From the NCBI GenBank assembly GCA_963835065.1, contig CAWIEK010000044.1, forward strand, positions 448,001 to 512,000: a stretch of 64,000 bases of DNA, read 5' to 3'. The notes beneath the pieces were generated by a model. The model had not been told where the DNA came from. It was given only the letters and a program-made list of their open reading frames with translations, and made no database searches. The translations under genes and the position numbers were made by a program. Source of the stretch: an uncultured Chthonomonadaceae bacterium (lineage in GTDB: Bacteria; Armatimonadota; Chthonomonadetes; Chthonomonadales; Chthonomonadaceae). Numbering within the stretch: the first letter of the stretch is position 1; each line of letters begins with the position of its first letter. Positions 49,236 through 60,174 of the stretch are shown piece after piece.

Positions 49236-50339
49236 TTACGCGGCCTTCAATGCGGCAAGCACGGCGTCTCCCATCGCCTGCGTACTCAGCGCAGCCGTTC
49301 CGGGTGGCGTAATGTCGGCGGTTCGATGCCCCGCATCCAGCGTGTCCGCAACCGCTTTTTCAATTTGAGCGGCTGCCGCTTCCTGTCCGAGCGAATGGCG
49401 CAGCAGCAGGGCGACAGACAAAATTGTTGCCAATGGATTGGCGATGCCCTGCCCCGCAATGGTCGGCGCGGAACCGTGTATGGGTTCGTACAGGCCGAAT
49501 ATACCCGCCCCGTCCGCCGTTAGCCGCGTACCCAGACTGGCGGACGGCAGCATGCCCAAACTGCCCGTCAGCATGGCCGCTTCGTCGCTCAGAATATCGC
49601 CGAACATATTTTCCGTGACGATCACATCGAACTGGCGTGGGTCGCGCACAAGCTGCATGGCGCACGTATCTACCAACATGTGCGACAATTCCACGTCCGC
49701 GTACTCGCCACTGATTTCCGTACACACTTCGCGCCACAATCGTGACGTTTCCAGCACGTTCGCTTTGTCTACGGAACACAGCCGCTTATTCCGCTTACGC
49801 GCCGCCTCGAAGCCTATTCGTACAATGCGCTCGATTTCCGGGCGCGTGTACACGCACGTATCTATGGCTTTGTTACCCCCGTCCTCGCGGCCTTTGGGCT
49901 GTCCAAAATAAATTCCCCCGGTCAGTTCCCGCACGACCAGAATATCCAGTCCCTCGCTCACCAAATCCGCGCGCAGGGAAGACACATTCGCCAGCGCGGG
50001 AAACAGGGTCGCGGGGCGCAGGTTGGCGAACAAACCCAACTCTTTGCGCAAGGGCAGCAATGCGCCCACTTCCGGGCGCAGGGTCGGAGGCTGAATCGTG
50101 TCGTACTTCGGCCCGCCAACCGCGCCCAACAACACCGCGTCGCTTTCCCGGCACAAGGCAAGGGTTTCGGGCGGCAGGGGATGTCCCGTCGCATCGTAAG
50201 CCGCGCCGCCAATCAGCGCGTCCGTCAATTGCAGCGCAAACCCACGCTGTTCCGCAACCGCTTGCAGAACTCGTACCGCTTCCCGAACGATTTCCGGTCC
50301 AATGCCGTCCCCGGCCAATACCGCAATCCGATAGGTCAT
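49236..50339 (-). CDS. leuB: 3-isopropylmalate dehydrogenase
   Basis: [38 protein letters not shown] and EPIHGSAP motifs. Confidence 0.97.
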   Translation of the reverse strand: MTYRIAVLAGDGIGPEIVREAVRVLQAVAEQRGFALQLTDALIGGAAYDATGHPLPPETLALCRESDAVLLGAVGGPKYDTIQPPTLRPEVGALLPLRKELGLFANLRPATLFPALANVSSLRADLVSEGLDILVVRELTGGIYFGQPKGREDGGNKAIDTCVYTRPEIERIVRIGFEAARKRNKRLCSVDKANVLETSRLWREVCTEISGEYADVELSHMLVDTCAMQLVRDPRQFDVIVTENMFGDILSDEAAMLTGSLGMLPSASLGTRLTADGAGIFGLYEPIHGSAPTIAGQGIANPLATILSVALLLRHSLGQEAAAAQIEKAVADTLDAGHRTADITPPGTAALSTQAMGDAVLAALKAA

Positions 50340-50488
50340 GTTCGCATCTCTTCTCAATGTTGTATTATCGGCGTTTCAACACGCGCTTCGCAGTATACTG
50401 GAAAATTCCTGTGAACGGCAGTCACAAAGCTGTATGAAAACACCTGAACACCTGAATACCCGAACACCTGAATACCGAACACCTGATG

Positions 50489-50968
50489 CTATAAGTCCAG
50501 ATGCACCAGCTTCAGGAAAGGCATCAAGCCCATCGCCTGCCAGAACGCAAGGGCGGCGGGGTTGTTTTCGGCAACATAGAGTTCAATCGCCGTCGCTTTG
50601 CGCCCCACGCACCACAAACGCAATTCTTCAAACAGCGCGCTGCCCACGCCCTGCTGCCGCCACTGTTCGCGGACGTACACATCGGAAATAAACGCATACA
50701 ATCCCGGCTTCACTTTGGGCGAGCGCATTTGCAGTTCCCCTAAAATATACCCCACAAGAGCGCCGGACGCGGTTTCTTCCGCAACCAGTACGAGATTGTC
50801 CCGCGAACGCAGGATTTCCTGTACATGCCGGGCGTACTTTTTCTGTCCCTCCTCGGCAATGGAAAAGCGCGAATCAAGGGACTGGTGCAGACTCATCAGT
50901 TCACACCATAACTCAGCAACGGCAAACCGATCCGCAAGGCGCGCGTTTCGGATGATAAAGCCGCTCAT
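50489..50968 (-). CDS. GNAT N-acetyltransferase
   Basis: ISDVYVREQWRQQGVG and NPAALAFW motifs; ATG after GGAGG. Confidence 0.88.
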   Translation of the reverse strand: MSGFIIRNARLADRFAVAELWCELMSLHQSLDSRFSIAEEGQKKYARHVQEILRSRDNLVLVAEETASGALVGYILGELQMRSPKVKPGLYAFISDVYVREQWRQQGVGSALFEELRLWCVGRKATAIELYVAENNPAALAFWQAMGLMPFLKLVHLDL

Positions 50969-51268
50969 TTCCGCCTCCACGCCGTTCCCATAGTTACAGA
51001 ACGACTCATCCCTCCCACTATACGACAGCCTGACTTTGGCTTGCAGGCAAATGTTCCGTTTCCTGCCCCTTTCCTCCTGCGCGAAATTCCTGCACCGGGC
51101 CAATACAAACATGCGGAACCTTTCTCACAGGTTGTTACGTCCATTACGTAATAGCCGCCTGCCATTCTCATTTGGTGAGGCTCTCGCAATTGGCAACGCA
51201 GTCAGCGGCAGAGGAAGAACACCAGAACGAACGCGAGAAAGCACAAACGCAATTACGGGAGAATAATC

Positions 51269-51562
51269 ATGTTACGCACAAGCAACGGTATCCAGAAAAT
51301 AGCGCTTACATTCGGAGCGGTCTTCGCTATGGGCGGCGTCCTGCCGCTTGCCGCAAGCGCGCAAACGCATCACAGCTTCCTGCATCGCCACTCCAAAGCG
51401 GCGGGCGCGGTCGGCGGGTATGCGGCCTACAGAGCGGCCAAGCGCACCGGGCGCAACCGAACGGCTTCCGGCCGGCATCGCAACTTCATGCAGCGCCATC
51501 CGGTCGCTACGGGCGTCGGCGCGGCGGTCTTGACGCATCACTTTGCCAAAAAGCATCAGTAA
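51269..51562 (+). CDS. Small secreted His/Arg-rich protein with two Gly/Ala-zipper-like repeats
   Basis: Signal peptide ending ASA; HSFLHRH..AAGAVGG and RNFMQRHP..TGVGAA repeats. Confidence 0.65.
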   Translation: MLRTSNGIQKIALTFGAVFAMGGVLPLAASAQTHHSFLHRHSKAAGAVGGYAAYRAAKRTGRNRTASGRHRNFMQRHPVATGVGAAVLTHHFAKKHQ

Positions 51563-51652
51563 GGCTTTAACCTAACCCCAGCCCCTCTCCTGGCCGCTCC
51601 TGCGTTGCTAGGGGAGGGGTTATTTTGTTACTATTCCGTCAACGTAGATAAG

Positions 51653-51735
51653 GTAGGGCGCTGCTTGCTGCGCCCTCGTCTGCTGAGGAGGGTTCAGCCC
51701 TCGTCTGAGGAGGGTTCAGCAAGCAGAACCCCTAC
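51653..51735. repeat. GTAG-type REP doublet (REPIN-like)
   Basis: Reverse-complement near-copy of 46887-46967. Confidence 0.85.
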
Positions 51736-51796
51736 AACGTACCCTATTCTTCTCAACGCGAAGATACAGAGAGTTTGCAGGCATCGCCAAATTGTT

Positions 51797-51830
51797 AAAA
51801 AGCCGCTCACTTGATAGTGAGCGGCTTTTT
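51797..51830. terminator. Bidirectional intrinsic terminator
   Basis: AAAAAGCCGCTCAC-TTGATA-GTGAGCGGCTTTTT between convergent genes. Confidence 0.85.
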
Positions 51831-51855
51831 CTTATTGTCTAACCCTTGAGGGCGA

Positions 51856-52374
51856 TCAGTCAAGCGGCGAACCGAACATGGTTCTTACAGCGGTACGGTA
51901 GCCGACGGCATTGGCGCTGTCGGGCATTTCCACCTTGAAGGGCGCGGCCTGACCGGAAGGCAGCGGATCGAAAGCAATCAGCGCGGACTCGACCTGTACG
52001 GTGCGGTTGTGGCTGTCAAGGAGTTCTACCACCGCTTCGACATTGGACAGTTTTTGATGGCTGCGGTTAAAGACGTTTCCGGTCACGGTGACGAAACCCA
52101 AACGACGCTCCACACTGGCATTGGTGAGCAGGACGCGGCCCGTGGCGCTTGGCGTGGACACAAGGCGCAGGCTTGACGCAGACGCCGCGTTCGCTCTGCC
52201 GATCCGAACGCCCAGCGCGGTACAGGCGCTCATGGCAAGGCAAAGGGCGCTCAGAATGGTAATCACGCGCAAAGGCTGCGTACGGCGGCGGGCGCGGCGG
52301 CGCGGCGCAAGGACGGGAGACGGAATCGGCTCCTGAAAATCTGCAGGGTCTTGCCAACGTAATGGAACGCTCAT
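51856..52374 (-). CDS. Membrane-anchored FxLYD-like domain protein
   Basis: TM helix, then VTGNVFN...VELLD...LPSGQAAPF. Confidence 0.7.
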   Translation of the reverse strand: MSVPLRWQDPADFQEPIPSPVLAPRRRARRRTQPLRVITILSALCLAMSACTALGVRIGRANAASASSLRLVSTPSATGRVLLTNASVERRLGFVTVTGNVFNRSHQKLSNVEAVVELLDSHNRTVQVESALIAFDPLPSGQAAPFKVEMPDSANAVGYRTAVRTMFGSPLD

Positions 52375-52454
52375 GCTTGTTACCTCATCCTCCAAGTAGT
52401 CGCGGAAGCGGCGTCAACTGCAACACAGCCTACAAGAACCCCGGTTGCTAAGAT

Positions 52455-52484
52455 AGTGTATCAAATAACACGCATACTTGTCAA
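52455..52484 (-). promoter_or_regulatory. Putative sigma-70 promoter
   Basis: TTGACA-18 nt-TACACT on the minus strand upstream of the FxLYD gene. Confidence 0.55.
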
Positions 52485-52957
52485 CCTATTTTTGAACTCT
52501 GCGCCTACTTATTATTCAGCAGACGCGCGAGAATTCTTTAGAGTTCCAGCATATCTAGGAGAGATACTCTATCCCTAGCGCCAAAAGCGGAAAGCGGTCA
52601 TACAATTAGTATGGCATTTTTAAGTTTGTCGAGTCTCGTTTTACGAAATAGAATCGCAAATAGATTCTCAGCCGCCAAATTCCACTCCCACCCCAAAGAG
52701 AATTTATACTAAAGATTGGCGCTCTACCTGTCAATACTTTCAGTGTGCCATGCAGCGCCATCGCGCCGCACTGTAACATCCGCGTATCATACGCGAACAT
52801 CTGTGTACCAGGCAGGTGTGTACCAGGCAGTGTCAGCCGCGCGCCGCGTTTGAACCAACAAACGCCATTTCGTTTTCGCATTCTGCGCCCTTTTCGCATC
52901 CCACGATTTGCAGCAACAGCCCACACGCGCCTTGCGCTGCAAACAAAGGCTTCCACC

Positions 52958-54151
52958 ATGCCGTCCACTCTTGAACATTCTTCCCAACGCTCTGCCCGCG
53001 CCACTTTCCTGCCGTTTTCTCCGCCCTTGATCGGAGATGAAGAAGTCTGCGAAGTGATTGACACGCTGCGCTCGGACTGGATTACAACAGGACCGAAAAC
53101 CCGCGCCTTCGAGTCTCAATTCGCCGCGTATGCGCAGGCTCCGGGCGCGCTCGCCTTGAGTTCCTGTACCGCCGGCCTGCATCTTGCGCTTGCCGCCCTG
53201 GGCATCGGGCCGGGCGACGAGGTGATTACTACCGCCCTTACCTTTTGCGCAACCGTGAATGTCATCGAACATGTCGGCGCGCGTCCCGTTCTCGTAGACG
53301 TGGAACCCGACACGCTCAACATCAACCCGGCTGCCATTGAAGCCGCCATCACGCCGCGTACCAAAGCCATCATTCCCGTCCATTACGCGGGACATCCTGT
53401 TGAACTGGACACCATCCAGGCCATCGCCAACGCCCACAACCTGCATGTCATTGAAGACGCGGCGCACGGCGTATCCGGCAAATACAAAGGCCGTCCTATC
53501 GGTTCGGGCGCGAACTTCGCCGCGTTCAGCTTTTACGCCACCAAAAACCTGACAACGGGCGAGGGCGGGATGCTGACCGGCGACCCGGAATTGATCGCCA
53601 AAGCGCGCGTCCTGTCCCTGCATGGCATGAACAAGGACGCCTGGAAACGCTTCGACAAAGCCGGAAGCTGGTACTACGAAGTGACCGCGCCGGGTTTTAA
53701 GTGCAACATGACCGACATCGAAGCCAGCCTGGGAATGTGGCAACTGCGCAAACTGGCGGGCTTTCAGGAGCGGCGGCGCGAAATCGTTGCCATGTACCAG
53801 AGCGCTTTCGGCAATGAAGAAATGCTGGAATGTCCGGTTGAGCGCGAAGACGTCGAGCATACCTGGCATCTCTACGTTCTGCGCCTGAATCCCGAAAAAT
53901 GGCGCATTGACCGCAATCAGGTGATTGAAGAACTCAAAGCCCGCAACATCGGCACATCGGTACACTACATTCCCATTCACCTGCACCCGTATTACCGCGA
54001 CAAATACGGCTACCGTCCCGAAGATTTTCCCGTCACGTATGCCAACTACGAGCGCATGTTAAGCCTGCCGCTCGCACCGCGCCTGACAAACGAAGACGTT
54101 CAGGACGTGATTGCCGCCGTTCAATCGCTTGTCGGGCAGTACCGACGGTAG
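52958..54151 (+). CDS. DegT/DnrJ/EryC1/StrS family sugar aminotransferase (ArnB-like)
   Basis: WITTGP, SCTAGLH, IEDAAH and FSFYATKNLTTGEGG motifs. Confidence 0.93.
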   Translation: MPSTLEHSSQRSARATFLPFSPPLIGDEEVCEVIDTLRSDWITTGPKTRAFESQFAAYAQAPGALALSSCTAGLHLALAALGIGPGDEVITTALTFCATVNVIEHVGARPVLVDVEPDTLNINPAAIEAAITPRTKAIIPVHYAGHPVELDTIQAIANAHNLHVIEDAAHGVSGKYKGRPIGSGANFAAFSFYATKNLTTGEGGMLTGDPELIAKARVLSLHGMNKDAWKRFDKAGSWYYEVTAPGFKCNMTDIEASLGMWQLRKLAGFQERRREIVAMYQSAFGNEEMLECPVEREDVEHTWHLYVLRLNPEKWRIDRNQVIEELKARNIGTSVHYIPIHLHPYYRDKYGYRPEDFPVTYANYERMLSLPLAPRLTNEDVQDVIAAVQSLVGQYRR

Positions 54152-54289
54152 GAGGCATTAGGCATCAGGCATTAGGCATTAGGCATTAGCTCATGCCTTG
54201 CCCTATGTTCCCAAACAGAGGTTTCCAACGGACGACCTCTAGTGCCTAATGCCTGATGCCTAATGCCTTCCTAAGAAGGAGTTTCCATC

Positions 54290-55909
54290 GTGCAAAACCA
54301 ACGTCTTGCCCGCAATCTTGTTTTGGAGCGCAGCGTTCGCATGGGCGCGGACGGTATTCTGGTCAACGCCGCGCTTGGTTTGGCGCTGCTGACGCGCTAC
54401 TTGTGGCAGGTATCCGCAACGCCCGCTTCTGCTGCATCGTCGGCTTCCGGCGGAGTTTCGCTTGGCGCGTACTATGTCGCGGCGTATGCGCAGAACGCCG
54501 GATTGATTACCCTCCTGAGCCTGATGGTCTTTTATGCCAGCGGCTTTTATACGCGGGGGCGCAGTTATCGGGGCCGTTATAAAGCGATTATCGTTGCGCA
54601 GGCGGTTTGTCTGGTATATTTAGGGGTAGCCGCGCTGAATTCGCTGCTGCCGAGCGTTGTCACCCTTTCGCGGAGCGTGGAAGCGCAGGCGTGGGCGTGG
54701 ACGCTATGCTTTGTGGTCGGCGGGCGCGCATGGTCGCATCTGGCGCGTTCCTGGCAGCGCAACGAGGCCGAACCCAACAACGCGCCCGCTTCTCCTGTCG
54801 CCATGCAGGTTCCGTCCAAGTCGCGCGTCCTGGTAATCGGCGGCGCGGGTTACATCGGTTCCGCCCTGATACCGCAATTGTTGAAAGCCGGGTATCGCGT
54901 CCGTATTCTGGATTTGTTTCTGTTCGGAGAGGAACCGCTTGCCGACGTGCTGCATCATCCCGACCTGGAATTAATCAAAGGGGATTTCCGGCAGGTGCAT
55001 AAAGTGGTAGAGTCTATGCAGGACGTAGATTCTGTTGTCCACCTGGGCGCGATTGTGGGCGACCCCGCCTGCGCCCTGGACGAAAACCTGACGCTTGAAA
55101 TCAACCTGATGGCGGCGCGGATGATTGCCGAGATCGCCAAAGGCTGTCAGGTGAAGCGGTTCGTGTTTGCAAGCACGTGTTCCGTGTACGGCGCGAGTGA
55201 CGAGGTGCTGAATGAAAATTCCAGCCTGAACCCCCTGTCGCTGTACGCCCGCAGCAAAATCGCTTCGGAGCGCGTCCTACAGGAAATGGCGGACGCGCAC
55301 TTCAAGCCCGTGATTCTGCGCTTCGGAACCATTTTCGGGTTCAGCGGGCGAACCCGCTTCGATCTCGTTGTCAATCTTCTGGCGGCCAAAGCGGTTGTGG
55401 AAGATCAGATCACGCTGTTCGGCGGCGATCAGTGGCGGCCTTTCGTGCATGTGCAGGACGCGGCCCGCGCCGTGTGCCTTGCGGTGGAAGCGCCTGCCGA
55501 CTGCGTAGAAAACCAGATACTCAACGTGGGCGCGGACGACCAGAACTATACCCTGCTGCAAGTGGGCGAACTGATCCGCAAACTGGTTCCCACCGCGCAA
55601 ATCAGCGACGCGGACGGCGGCAGCGACCATCGGAATTACCGCGTCAGTTTCGCCCGCATCCGCCGGCAACTGAACTTTCAGCCGGAATGGACGCTGGAGC
55701 GCGGCGTGACGCAGGTGATTTCCGCCATCAACAGCGGGCTGGTGCAGGATTACCGGGACGCCCGCTACAGCAACGTAAAATTCCTGCGCGAAGAGTGCCT
55801 CGCCCTGCTCAACGAAGAACGCACCTCGTTCAACGCCTTGCAGCAGGACCGGTTCCTCAACGTGGAGCCGGAACTGGCAACCGTGCGACAGCTTGCGAAA
55901 GCGGCTTGA
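54290..55909 (+). CDS. NAD-dependent epimerase/dehydratase fused to an N-terminal 4-TM domain
   Basis: GGAGYIG, ASTCSVYG, YARSK and RFDLVVN motifs; hydrophobic N-terminal ~150 aa. Confidence 0.88.
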   Translation: MQNQRLARNLVLERSVRMGADGILVNAALGLALLTRYLWQVSATPASAASSASGGVSLGAYYVAAYAQNAGLITLLSLMVFYASGFYTRGRSYRGRYKAIIVAQAVCLVYLGVAALNSLLPSVVTLSRSVEAQAWAWTLCFVVGGRAWSHLARSWQRNEAEPNNAPASPVAMQVPSKSRVLVIGGAGYIGSALIPQLLKAGYRVRILDLFLFGEEPLADVLHHPDLELIKGDFRQVHKVVESMQDVDSVVHLGAIVGDPACALDENLTLEINLMAARMIAEIAKGCQVKRFVFASTCSVYGASDEVLNENSSLNPLSLYARSKIASERVLQEMADAHFKPVILRFGTIFGFSGRTRFDLVVNLLAAKAVVEDQITLFGGDQWRPFVHVQDAARAVCLAVEAPADCVENQILNVGADDQNYTLLQVGELIRKLVPTAQISDADGGSDHRNYRVSFARIRRQLNFQPEWTLERGVTQVISAINSGLVQDYRDARYSNVKFLREECLALLNEERTSFNALQQDRFLNVEPELATVRQLAKAA

Positions 55910-55912
55910 GGA

Positions 55913-56033
55913 AGTTGATAGTTGATAGTTGATAGTAGTCTGCTTGCGAACGCGCGCTCTGCCATGTTCAGCAATCAGAACACTCAACACGAGGTACTAT
56001 CAACTATCAACTATCAACTATCAACTATCAACT
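55913..56033. repeat. Paired heptamer arrays TTGATAG(n) ... CTATCAA(n)
   Basis: Same family as 9424-9547, 15223-15252, 16582-16611, 30625-30646 and 38177-38207. Confidence 0.9.
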
Positions 56034-56035
56034 CC

Positions 56036-57232
56036 ATGAAAACACACACCCTCATCATCGGCGGCGGCATTGTCGGATTAGCGACCGCCTATGAACTGTC
56101 GCTTCGCTGCCCGGAGCAGTGCATCACGGTTCTGGAAAAAGAAGCGGGACTGGCGCAGCATCAAACGGGGCGCAATTCCGGCGTCCTCCATTCCGGCATC
56201 TATTATAAGCCCGGTTCATTAAAGGCTCTGGCCTGCCGCGAAGGCAAGGCGCGTATGGAAGCCTTTTGCGAACAGGAAAACGTTCCCTTCGAGCGGTGCG
56301 GCAAGGTGATTGTCGCCACGCGGGAGGACGAACTGCCCCGCTTGCAGGAAATTTATGCGCGAGGGCAGGCCAACGGGGTACAATGTGAAATGATCGGCCC
56401 GGAGCGGCTGCGCGAACTGGAACCCCACTGCGCGGGCATCGCGGCCCTGCATGTCCCGGAAGCGGGCATTGTAGATTACATGGCCGTGTGCCGGCAACTG
56501 GCGCGGCGCATACAGGAGGGCGGCAATCGCATCCTGTTGGGCACAAAGGTGCTGGACATGCGCGCCGGGGAACGGGGCGTGGTTGTGCAAAGCACGGCAG
56601 GCGATTTTGAAACCGAATTGGTTATCAACTGCGCCGGCCTGCACTCCGACCGCGTAGCCGGTATGGACGGCGGCAAGCCCGGCGCCCAAATCGTGCCGTT
56701 TCGGGGCGAGTATTTCGAATTAAAGCCCCATGCTGAACACCTGTGCCGCGCCCTCATCTATCCCGTGCCCGACCCCCGTTTTCCGTTTCTGGGCGTTCAT
56801 TTTACGCGCATGGTTGCGGGCGGCGTGGAGTGCGGCCCCAACGCCGTCCTCGCGTTTGCCCGCGAAGGCTACGCCAAAACGAATGTGAACCTGCGCGATA
56901 CGTGGCAGACTCTGACTTACAGCGGCTTTCTGCATCTGGCGCGGCGGTACGGCAAAATAGGCATGGGCGAGTTCTGGCGCTCGGTCAGCAAGGCCGCGTT
57001 CGTCCGCGCCTTGCAGCGTCTCATCCCCGAAATCGAAGCGCAGCATCTCGTGCCCGCGCCCGCCGGAGTGCGCGCGCAGGCGGTTGCGCCGGATGGCAAG
57101 TTGGTGGACGATTTCGCCATTGTGGAGCGCCCGCATATTCTGGACGTGATTAACGCGCCCTCCCCGGCGGCAACCGCTTCCCTCAGCGTGGCGCGAACCA
57201 TCGTGGAACGAGCCGCTACAATGAATGGCTGA
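56036..57232 (+). CDS. lhgO: L-2-hydroxyglutarate oxidase
   Basis: [38 protein letters not shown] and [10 protein letters not shown] motifs. Confidence 0.88.
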   Translation: MKTHTLIIGGGIVGLATAYELSLRCPEQCITVLEKEAGLAQHQTGRNSGVLHSGIYYKPGSLKALACREGKARMEAFCEQENVPFERCGKVIVATREDELPRLQEIYARGQANGVQCEMIGPERLRELEPHCAGIAALHVPEAGIVDYMAVCRQLARRIQEGGNRILLGTKVLDMRAGERGVVVQSTAGDFETELVINCAGLHSDRVAGMDGGKPGAQIVPFRGEYFELKPHAEHLCRALIYPVPDPRFPFLGVHFTRMVAGGVECGPNAVLAFAREGYAKTNVNLRDTWQTLTYSGFLHLARRYGKIGMGEFWRSVSKAAFVRALQRLIPEIEAQHLVPAPAGVRAQAVAPDGKLVDDFAIVERPHILDVINAPSPAATASLSVARTIVERAATMNG

Positions 57233-57387
57233 CCGCGTAGCAAGGTGGGGAATACGCTCACCACAGAGGCACAGAGACACAGAGGTTTCACAGAGAGTAG
57301 CAGAGAAAAGAAGAAGAGAAGAAGAGAAGACAAAGAAGAGAATAAAAAGAAGGGCAATTGTTGTCTTCTTTGAGGGAGGGAAAGAAC

Positions 57388-57969
57388 ATGGACGCTAAAC
57401 ATTTCATTTGCAGTTATTTGACGGACGCGCAGAAGCTCATTGAAGAGATTGAGCCTGCGGAGGTGGAGCAGGTTGTGGACGTTTTGCTGACGGCGTGGAA
57501 GGACGGCAAGCGGGTGTTGTTGATGGGCAATGGGGGGAGCAGCAGCAGCGTTTCCCACATCGTCAACGACATGCAGAAGAACATCTTCCTCGAAGCCGGC
57601 AAGCCGCTGCGGACAATCTGCCTTTCCGATTGTACCCCGCTGATGATGGCATGGGCCAATGACACGAGTTGGGACAACGTATTTGCCCCACAGGTGCAAT
57701 GCTGGGCGGAACCCGGCGATGTCGTGATCGGCGTCAGTGGCAGCGGCAACAGCATGAATATCATCAACGGCATCCAGGTCGCCAATGAAGCCGGAGCGCA
57801 TACATTCGGGCTGGCAGGCTTTAGCGGCGGCAAACTCAAGGACGCCGCGCAGCACTGTATCGTCGTCCGCTCCGACAACATGCAGCGCATCGAAGACGTT
57901 CACATGATCCTCCTGCACCTCATCTTCTCCACCCTCCAGGAACGCGCCAAACAAGAGACACAGAAGTAA
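57388..57969 (+). CDS. gmhA: SIS-domain phosphoheptose isomerase-like protein
   Basis: GNGGS, AND, SGSGNS and IEDVH motifs. Confidence 0.75.
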   Translation: MDAKHFICSYLTDAQKLIEEIEPAEVEQVVDVLLTAWKDGKRVLLMGNGGSSSSVSHIVNDMQKNIFLEAGKPLRTICLSDCTPLMMAWANDTSWDNVFAPQVQCWAEPGDVVIGVSGSGNSMNIINGIQVANEAGAHTFGLAGFSGGKLKDAAQHCIVVRSDNMQRIEDVHMILLHLIFSTLQERAKQETQK

Positions 57970-58098
57970 ACTACGGAGAACACGGAGGAGACGGAGGCAG
58001 GAGAAATGGGTTCCTTTTCGTTTATTTCGCGTGTTTCGCGGTTCCTAACTCTCCTCTTCTCTTCTTCTCTTCTTCTTTTCTTCACATCGGGGGTAGCT

Positions 58099-58674
58099 GT
58101 GAGCGAGTCAGGGCGGACGGTGTTTGTGGATCGGGATGGGGTACTCAATCGCGAGTTGGGCGAGTACGTCACGCGCCCAGAAGATTTGGCCTTACTACCG
58201 GGTGTCGCTGAAGCGGTGGCGCGGCTGAATCGCGCGGGATGGCCGGTGATTGTATTTACCAATCAAGCGGCTGTGGGACGGGGGCGCTTGACGGCAGAGG
58301 GGTTGGACGCCATCCATGCGAAGCTGCGGGCGGAAATTGCAGCAGAGGGCGGGGAACTGCAAGCGATTTATGTCTGCCCCCATCATCCCGACGCCCGGTG
58401 TGAGTGCCGCAAGCCCCTGCCCGGTATGCTGCTCCAAGCGGCGCGGGAACAGCATTTGGATTTGACGCAGTGTTACGCGATTGGCGACACGCTCCGCGAC
58501 ATTCAAGCCGGAAATGCGGCGGGCTGCCATACCATTCTGGTGTTGACAGGCCATACCCAAACGTTTGACGCTTCCAATTTCCCCCTGCCGCATCCTGATT
58601 ATGTATTTCCTGATCTGGCGGCGGCTGTAGAGAGGATTCTCCAATTTGATGCGTTGGCTTGTGTCGGGTGTTGA
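58099..58674 (+). CDS. gmhB: D-glycero-D-manno-heptose 1,7-bisphosphate phosphatase (HAD-IIIA)
   Basis: VDRDGVLN, TNQ, CPH...CECRKP and IGD motifs. Confidence 0.85.
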   Translation: MSESGRTVFVDRDGVLNRELGEYVTRPEDLALLPGVAEAVARLNRAGWPVIVFTNQAAVGRGRLTAEGLDAIHAKLRAEIAAEGGELQAIYVCPHHPDARCECRKPLPGMLLQAAREQHLDLTQCYAIGDTLRDIQAGNAAGCHTILVLTGHTQTFDASNFPLPHPDYVFPDLAAAVERILQFDALACVGC

Positions 58675-58847
58675 AAACGCTGGTTGTAAAAGCCGGCGCC
58701 GGGGATTGAAAAGCCCTGGCAGGAGTTCCGGGTACTGAAAATCCCCGGCAGGAAAATGTAAGCGTCCCTCAGACGCGGGAAAGCTTGATAGAGAGTTGCG
58801 TCCGCAGGATTCTTGTTTTGTGCAGCCAGGGGTTTTCAATCCCTGGC
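58663..58847. repeat. Cluster of REP-like GCCGGGGATTGAAAA..CCCTGGC hairpins
   Basis: Copies at about 58663, 58698-58720 and 58728-58748, an inverted copy at 58825-58847, and a related copy at 6789-6811. Confidence 0.75.
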
Positions 58848-59042
58848 ATTTTGATTCGTACCTTGATAATGCAATCCCGGCAGGAATTCGCGCGGACAGT
58901 GGCGAAATGGCGCGCAATCGAAGCAAGTATTTGTCTGAGGAAGCATTTGGATCACGGAGAAACAGGCGCGAACTAATCTTGATGCTCACTTGTTTCTTGA
59001 ACCGGGCGTCCGCTGATTTTGTCTGCAAAGGTGAGCCTCTTC

Positions 59043-60174
59043 ACTCACGTTACGCAGCGAGGTGGTGAGAAGTCGGTTCTGACGGTATACTGTCGTCATG
59101 GACAAACAACTTCTGGACCTCTACTCGGACTATCTGATTTGTTCGTTCGGCTTGACCACCGCCACCGGCCTTTCAACCCTACTTGACGGAGCCATTAGCC
59201 ACGACAAGATTACCCGGTTCTTGTCGGGCAGCGACTTTACTGCTTCGGACCTGTGGCATCTGGTCAAACCGCTCGTGCGGCAGGAGCAATGCGAAGACGC
59301 CGTGCTGGTCTTCGATGACAGCATTGAAGAAAAACTCTATACCGATGAAAGCGCCCTCATTAGCTGGCATTGGGATCATTGCTTTAACCGCAATGTTAAA
59401 GGCATCAACTTCCTGACCTGTTTGGATCGCGCCCCCACCGCCGCCCTACCCGTCGCGTTCGAGTTAATCCAGAAGTCGGCGTGGGAAACCGACAAGAAGA
59501 CGGGCAAGCCCAAGCGGGTGTGCCCCAAGACTAAGAACGAGTATCTGCGCGAGATGGTGGCGCAGTGTCAGAAGAACCTCCTGCCCTTCCGCTAGGTGTT
59601 AGCGGACGCCTGGTTCAGTGCCGCGGAAACGATGGTGTATCTCAAAGGAGAACGTGAAACCGACTTTATCTTTCCCCTCAAGGCCAACCGCAAAGTGGCT
59701 TTGTCGCAAGAAGACAAGTTGGCAGGCCGCTATATGTCCGTATCCTCGCTTCCTCTCGAAGCGAACGCCACCCAAGAAATCTGGCTGGCGGGAGTAGACT
59801 TCCCCTTCTGTTGTGCAAGCAGGTCTTTACAAACAAGGACGGCAGCCAGGGCGTTCTCTATCTGGTGACGAGTGACACGACGTTGCACGGTTGCGACATC
59901 CAAGCAATCTACCAAAAACGGTGGAAAGTGGAAGAGTACCACAAATCGGTCAAGAGCAATGCCAGTTTCGCCAAGTCGCCGACCAAAACCATTCGCATAC
60001 AGAGCAACCATATCTTCGCCTGCTTATGGGCGTATGTGAAATTGGAAAGTCTGCGTTTGCAGACCCGGTTAAACCACTTTGCCATGAAAGGCAGAATTTA
60101 CAAGGCCGCTCTCGCTAGTGCGTACCGGGAACTCCAAGTTCTCAAAGGCCAGACTGCGCCTGCGTAAGGTGAGT
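59043..60174 (+). mobile_element. IS701-like insertion sequence (defective)
   Basis: Terminal inverted repeats ACTCACGTTACGCAG and CTGCGTAAGGTGAGT (14/15 match) flank a DDE transposase; no clear target duplication seen. Confidence 0.85.
59098..60167 (+). pseudogene. IS701-family transposase pseudogene (in-frame TAG at 59593-59595, frameshift near 59807)
   Basis: LDLYSDYL, SHDKITRFL, VFDDS, ADAWF and YQKRWKVEEYHKSVK motifs. Confidence 0.85.

Noticed and set aside
52802..52833. TGTGTACCAGGCAG tandem duplication upstream of the aminotransferase
   Set aside because: Only two copies and no supporting context; probably a local slippage event.
59593..59595. In-frame TAG in the transposase as pyrrolysine or read-through
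   Set aside because: It sits where a Tyr codon is plausible (one substitution), and the gene also has a frameshift. Ordinary IS decay is simpler.
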